Positions 60,251-64,000 of a stretch of 64,000 nucleotides of DNA are shown piece after piece; the first letter of the stretch is position 1, and each line of letters starts with the position of its first letter. The stretch covers positions 4,121-68,120 of the forward strand of contig CAINDP010000153.1 of assembly GCA_903847405.1 (NCBI GenBank). The letters run 5' to 3'. The stretch is from an uncultured Myxococcales bacterium (GTDB taxonomy: Bacteria; Myxococcota_A; UBA9042; DTJE01). The notes beneath the pieces are model-generated. The model was given only the letters and a program-made list of their open reading frames with translations. It was not told the DNA's origin and searched no databases. The position numbers and the translations under genes were made by a program.

Positions 60251-60727
60251 ATGAGTGACAAGGCGTTCCAGGATTTCTACCCGGACGATGTGGCCTGGTG
60301 CTACGGCTGCGGGCGCCTGAACCCGCCCGGCCTGCACGTGCGCAGTTTCTGGGACGGGGACGAAGCCGTATGCCGGTACACGCCGGGTCCGCAGCATATC
60401 GCGATCCCCGGGTACGTGTATGGCGGGCTGATCGCATCGCTGATCGACTGCCACGGCACCGGGACTGCCGCCGCCGCCGCGTACCGTGCCCAGGGGCGGC
60501 CCATGGACAGCGAGCCGCCGCTGCGCTTCGTGACGGCTTCGCTGCATGTCGACTACCTGCGCCCGACGCCCATGGGAGTGACGCTGGAAATCCGGGCACG
60601 GGTCAAGGAGATCAAGGGCCGCAAGGTGGTCGTCGAGGAGCGGCTCCTGGCCGATGGCGAGGTCTGCGCCCGGGGCGAGGTCGTCGCCGTCCAGGCTCCG
60701 AAGGAACTCTTCGCAGCGAAAGCGTGA
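60251..60727 (+). CDS. PaaI-family thioesterase
   Basis: CYGCG, YVYGGLIASLIDCHG, FVTASLHVDYLRPTP. Confidence 0.92.
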   Translation: MSDKAFQDFYPDDVAWCYGCGRLNPPGLHVRSFWDGDEAVCRYTPGPQHIAIPGYVYGGLIASLIDCHGTGTAAAAAYRAQGRPMDSEPPLRFVTASLHVDYLRPTPMGVTLEIRARVKEIKGRKVVVEERLLADGEVCARGEVVAVQAPKELFAAKA

Positions 60728-60748
60728 GGACCTGAACCCGGAGCATCG

Positions 60749-61291
60749 TCAGGGCACCGGATCCTGCAGCAGCGCCAGGGCCTCGTCCGGGATTGCCTTC
60801 TCGAACAGGCGTCCTCCGATCCGGAAGGTTGGAGTGACCCGGATGCCCAGTTCCCGGGCCTCCGTGGTATCCCGTGCCAGGATCTCGTGCACGCCGGGGT
60901 CCTCCATGCAGCAATGGAACGCATCCTCGTCCAGGTCCAGCGCCCGGGCCACTGCAACCGCACACCGGCGTGCCGCGCATACCGCATCGGCGTTCAGCAG
61001 AAGGTAGTCGTGGGCCTCCCAGAAGCGGCCTTGCCTGGCGGCGCAGACGGAGACGCGCGCGAGTTCGCATGCCCGCGCATGGAACGGCTGCATCGCATCG
61101 GGATTGCAGGACGGGTCCATGGGGAGGTTCCTGTACACGACCTTGATCCGCCCCGGGAACAGGGACAGCAGGCGGCGCACCTTGAGGTGTGCGCGGCGAC
61201 AGTCGGGGCACCGATAGTCCGTGAACTCCTGGACTTCGAGGACGGTGGTCGGGGAGCCCATCCAGGGCTGGCCGTCGGTGGTCATTCCCAC
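60749..61291 (-). pseudogene. DsbA-family thioredoxin domain, 5'-truncated
   Basis: EFTDYRCPDC, LPMDPSCNP, VTPTF; no signal peptide or clear RBS; abuts a ZIP fragment. Confidence 0.65.
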
Positions 61292-61496
61292 GGGATGGTT
61301 CTTCCTGTCTGCGGCCCGCGATGCCGGTCCCTACCTTCTGTCCGTGGCTGCGGCCGGTTTCCTATACGTGGCGCTGGCCGACCTGGTGCCGTCGCTGCGG
61401 GGCCGGATGACATGGAAGGGCGCGCTTCTCGACCTGTTGTTGATGGCACTCGGCCTTGCCACCGCGTGGCTGGCCACCCACAGCCACGGGGAGTAG
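61290..61496 (+). pseudogene. 3' fragment of a ZIP-family metal transporter
   Basis: PYLLSVAAAGFLYVALADLVP followed by a final TM helix; no start. Confidence 0.7.
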
Positions 61497-61516
61497 CCTT
61501 CCGACCCCGGCAACGG

Positions 61517-62299
61517 TCAGGCACGCGCCGCAGCACGAACGCGCGACCGTGACGCCAGCAGCGCTGCCAACAGCAGCAGCAACCCCAGCGCGACCTGCGC
61601 TGCGGCGACCAGGTGCGCATCCCGGAGGCCGAACAGACGATCCGGCCGCTCATCGGGGCGACGGATGTACTCAATCAGGAAGCGAAGCACCCCCGAACCC
61701 ACCAGGTACAGGGCGAACAGGACCCCTGGCGCGACGCGTGCACGGAGCCGCCACAGTACGCCGAACAGCAGGAAGTTCACCGCCGCCTCGTACAGCGGCG
61801 TAGGGTGAACCGCCAGTTCCGTCGGGACGATCCCCTGGGGGAACGGCATGCACAGGGCCTCGTCCAGGTCGCCCGGTTTGCAGGGCAACCCATAGCAACC
61901 GTCGCCCGACAGGAAGCACCCCAGCCGGCCGAATGCGTACCCCGACGCCAGCATGGGAGCAACGGCGTCGGTCATGGCGCGCAGCGGAAGTCGTTTCCAC
62001 AGGAAGAACCCGATGTTCAGGGCCGCCGCCAGAATCAGGCCCCCGTGCCACGTCAACCCGGAACCGGAAAAAAAGTCCGACCAGGAAAATGACGGCGTCT
62101 CGGTGAGAACGTAGGCCAGTTTCGCACCCAGAAAGCCACCCAGCACGCTCAACAGGACGATCGTATCGGCGTGGCGACGATCGAAGCCGCGCCGGCCCAG
62201 TTCCCTGGCAAGCAGCCATTGTGCTGTGAAGAACCCGAGGGCCGCCATGAGGCCGTAGGTCCCGATCGGGAAGGGTTCACGCATCAAGTAAGGCCACAT
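61517..62299 (-). CDS. lgt: Prolipoprotein diacylglyceryl transferase
   Basis: TYGLM, GLTWHGG, GRLGCFLSGDGCYG, HPTPLYE, RFLIEYIR. Confidence 0.93.
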   Translation of the reverse strand: MWPYLMREPFPIGTYGLMAALGFFTAQWLLARELGRRGFDRRHADTIVLLSVLGGFLGAKLAYVLTETPSFSWSDFFSGSGLTWHGGLILAAALNIGFFLWKRLPLRAMTDAVAPMLASGYAFGRLGCFLSGDGCYGLPCKPGDLDEALCMPFPQGIVPTELAVHPTPLYEAAVNFLLFGVLWRLRARVAPGVLFALYLVGSGVLRFLIEYIRRPDERPDRLFGLRDAHLVAAAQVALGLLLLLAALLASRSRVRAAARA

Positions 62300-62370
62300 C
62301 GCCATCTCCCAACCGGTGAAGAAACGGTCAACCAACCGGCAACAGACCGCGGCGACGATAGCAGTTTACA

Positions 62371-62382
62371 GGGCATATGCCC
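62371..62382. promoter_or_regulatory. Perfect palindrome GGGCATATGCCC upstream of lgt
   Basis: Flanked on the minus strand by TTGTAA and TAAACT. Confidence 0.7.
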
Positions 62383-62450
62383 ATTACAAATTGATCATGC
62401 CGATTTGCCGCGGCCGACACGAAAGCCCGTGCCGGCGGGCACGCCCCCCG

Positions 62451-63476
62451 TCATCCCATCCACACGCCGTTGCGGATCCTCCACAACAGCGCGGGACCGG
62501 CCCCGAGGACAAGGAAGACCAGGACGGCCAATGCCACGCGCAAGGCCGCGCCGCGCACCCGGTCTGCCACGGGCCGGGCCAGTTGCGGGAACCGTCGGCC
62601 GATCGTCCCCGCCAGCGCGGCCCCACCGGCGTCCAGGGCCACCACGGCCAGGGCGCCGAACAGCGGGTAGCCGACGGCGCCGTGCCTGCCCGCAAACAGG
62701 CACCAGGGGCAGTGATGGGCCAGGACGCCGTAGTGGTAGGACGATAGATCGCGAACCAGGACAACGGCCGCTGCGGGGATCCATCCGGCCGCCAGGATCG
62801 CCAGCGCCTGCGCCGTGAAGGGCCGGCGTGCGACGCGTGGGACCGCCGCCATCGCCCCTCCCAGAGCGACCAGGATCGCCGCACCGACCAGTACCGCAGG
62901 CAGCAGCCAGGTCCCGTCCGGCTCGGCGCTCGTCCCGGCGTTCCGGACACCGTCGTACACGACGGAGCAGCAGTCCACCGGGCCCTGCCCTTCCAGGCCC
63001 CTCAGCGCATCCAGGGTGCGCCAGACCGCCATGGTCACCAGGGGAATCGCCAGCAGAATCGCCCGGCCGGACACCGTGATCAGCGGCGCCTCCGGCCGGG
63101 TCCGATCCAGCCGATCCAGGAGGTGCCACGCGCCCAGCACGCCGACCGAAGCCATCCGCAACGCGAATGCCTGCGGGCCGTCCCCCCCCATGGCCTGGAG
63201 GACCCCCGTTCCGCACATGGCGCCCGGCACGATTCCCGGAAGAACCGAGGCCACGGCCAGGACAAAGGCCAGGGTCGACGCCAGGAACAGGAACGTCGCG
63301 ACCCGGGCCCGCAGGGCCGCGGATTCGGCCCGGCGCTCCAGGCGGACCTGCCGGGCGGTGGGGGAGGCGGGCGCCCACGACAGGACGACGGCCAGCGCAT
63401 CCAGGCCCGCCGCCAGGATCAGCAGGACCGACAGGCTGTCCAGGACCACCACGGCCAGCACGATCGGATGCGGCAT
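62451..63476 (-). CDS. Cys-motif integral membrane protein of unknown function
   Basis: Multiple TM helices; VPGAMCGTGV, VDCCS, HHCPWC; TGATG overlap with the ABC ATPase. Confidence 0.75.
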   Translation of the reverse strand: MPHPIVLAVVVLDSLSVLLILAAGLDALAVVLSWAPASPTARQVRLERRAESAALRARVATFLFLASTLAFVLAVASVLPGIVPGAMCGTGVLQAMGGDGPQAFALRMASVGVLGAWHLLDRLDRTRPEAPLITVSGRAILLAIPLVTMAVWRTLDALRGLEGQGPVDCCSVVYDGVRNAGTSAEPDGTWLLPAVLVGAAILVALGGAMAAVPRVARRPFTAQALAILAAGWIPAAAVVLVRDLSSYHYGVLAHHCPWCLFAGRHGAVGYPLFGALAVVALDAGGAALAGTIGRRFPQLARPVADRVRGAALRVALAVLVFLVLGAGPALLWRIRNGVWMG

Positions 63477-64000
63477 CAGCGCGCCTCCGCCAACCGGCCG
63501 TCGTCCAGGCGCCACCCCAGGTCCGTCGCGCCGGAAAGGCGAGCGTCATGCGTGGCCACAACGACGACGGCCCCCCTGCGCGCCGCAGCCTGGACCGCGT
63601 CCACGACGCGCATCACCCCCGCGTCGTCCTGGTGCGCAGTCGGCTCGTCCAGCAGCAGGTACCTCGGCGCCCCGACCAGCGCCCGGGCAAGGCCGACACG
63701 CTGGCGCTCGCCGCCGGAAATCGACGACGGGTGCCGGTCGGCGACATGCGCCGCCCCGGCGGCCTCCAGGGCCGCGTGCGCCTGTTCCACCGCCGCACGG
63801 ATGTCGCGTTCCAGGGGGATGCGCGGGGCCATGACGTTTTCCAGAACCGTCAGGCCCTCCAGGAACACCGGCACCTGGAGCCCCAGGCCGACCTGCCGGC
63901 GCCAGCGATCGCGATGCGCCGCGATCCACGACGACACCGGCTGGCCCTCCGCGAGGACCCGTCCCTCGTCCGGCCGCAGCAGCGACGCCAGCACGTGGAG
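63476..64000 (-). CDS. ABC transporter ATP-binding protein (LolD-like), 5'-partial
   Basis: ISGGERQR, LLDEPTAHQD, ATHD. Confidence 0.92.
   Translation of the reverse strand, partial: LHVLASLLRPDEGRVLAEGQPVSSWIAAHRDRWRRQVGLGLQVPVFLEGLTVLENVMAPRIPLERDIRAAVEQAHAALEAAGAAHVADRHPSSISGGERQRVGLARALVGAPRYLLLDEPTAHQDDAGVMRVVDAVQAAARRGAVVVVATHDARLSGATDLGWRLDDGRLAEAR

Noticed and set aside
32320-61291. Possible selenocysteine (TGA read-through) in the many redox proteins
   Set aside because: The active-site motifs I checked are complete with Cys; no in-frame TGA interrupts a recognisable domain, and the GGCG tail at 40342 ends in TAG

Overview
High-GC (about 70% by eye) bacterial DNA. It is probably from an anaerobic or facultative Myxococcota/'Deltaproteobacteria' genome; this is inferred from the Cys-rich acidic lipoproteins, multiheme cytochromes and sigma-54 systems. 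Layout: (1) 1-11.2 kb, a starch/maltodextrin utilisation operon (GH15, two GH13 lipoproteins, an EGF-repeat lipoprotein, a LamB-like porin, an ABC transporter with a fused binding protein-permease). (2) 11.2-27 kb, a multiheme lipoprotein, TetR/SDR, GH32, Cys-rich surface proteins, an RpoD paralogue, an RRM protein and two hybrid kinases. (3) 27-32 kb, a sigma-54 two-component system next to an uncharacterised operon of small secreted FVDxDGDGxCD proteins and an outer-membrane barrel; its first gene, promoter, tandem enhancer and 3' hairpin are duplicated at 39.6-40.3 kb. (4) 32-64 kb, a sulfur/Fe-S/thiol-redox island. It holds Orange-protein (ORP)-like genes (OrpR-like activator, two Mrp/NBP35, NifB/NifX-family proteins, two 4Fe-4S ATPases, DUF134), an octaheme Otr + heptaheme-cytochrome b + YeeE operon, a type VI-like SQR, thioredoxins, and an uncharacterised tandem-FGE/TPR-barrel/rhodanese/DoxX/DsbA operon. 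Four recurring DNA motifs can be read directly and suggest four regulons: TCGAC-N6-GTCGA, GGTYGCA-N4-YGCGACC, ATATTTC-N8-SATATTT and GGGCATATGCCC. Several gene remnants mark deletions. No rRNA, tRNA, CRISPR array or transposase was seen. All family calls come from motif recognition by eye, not database searches.
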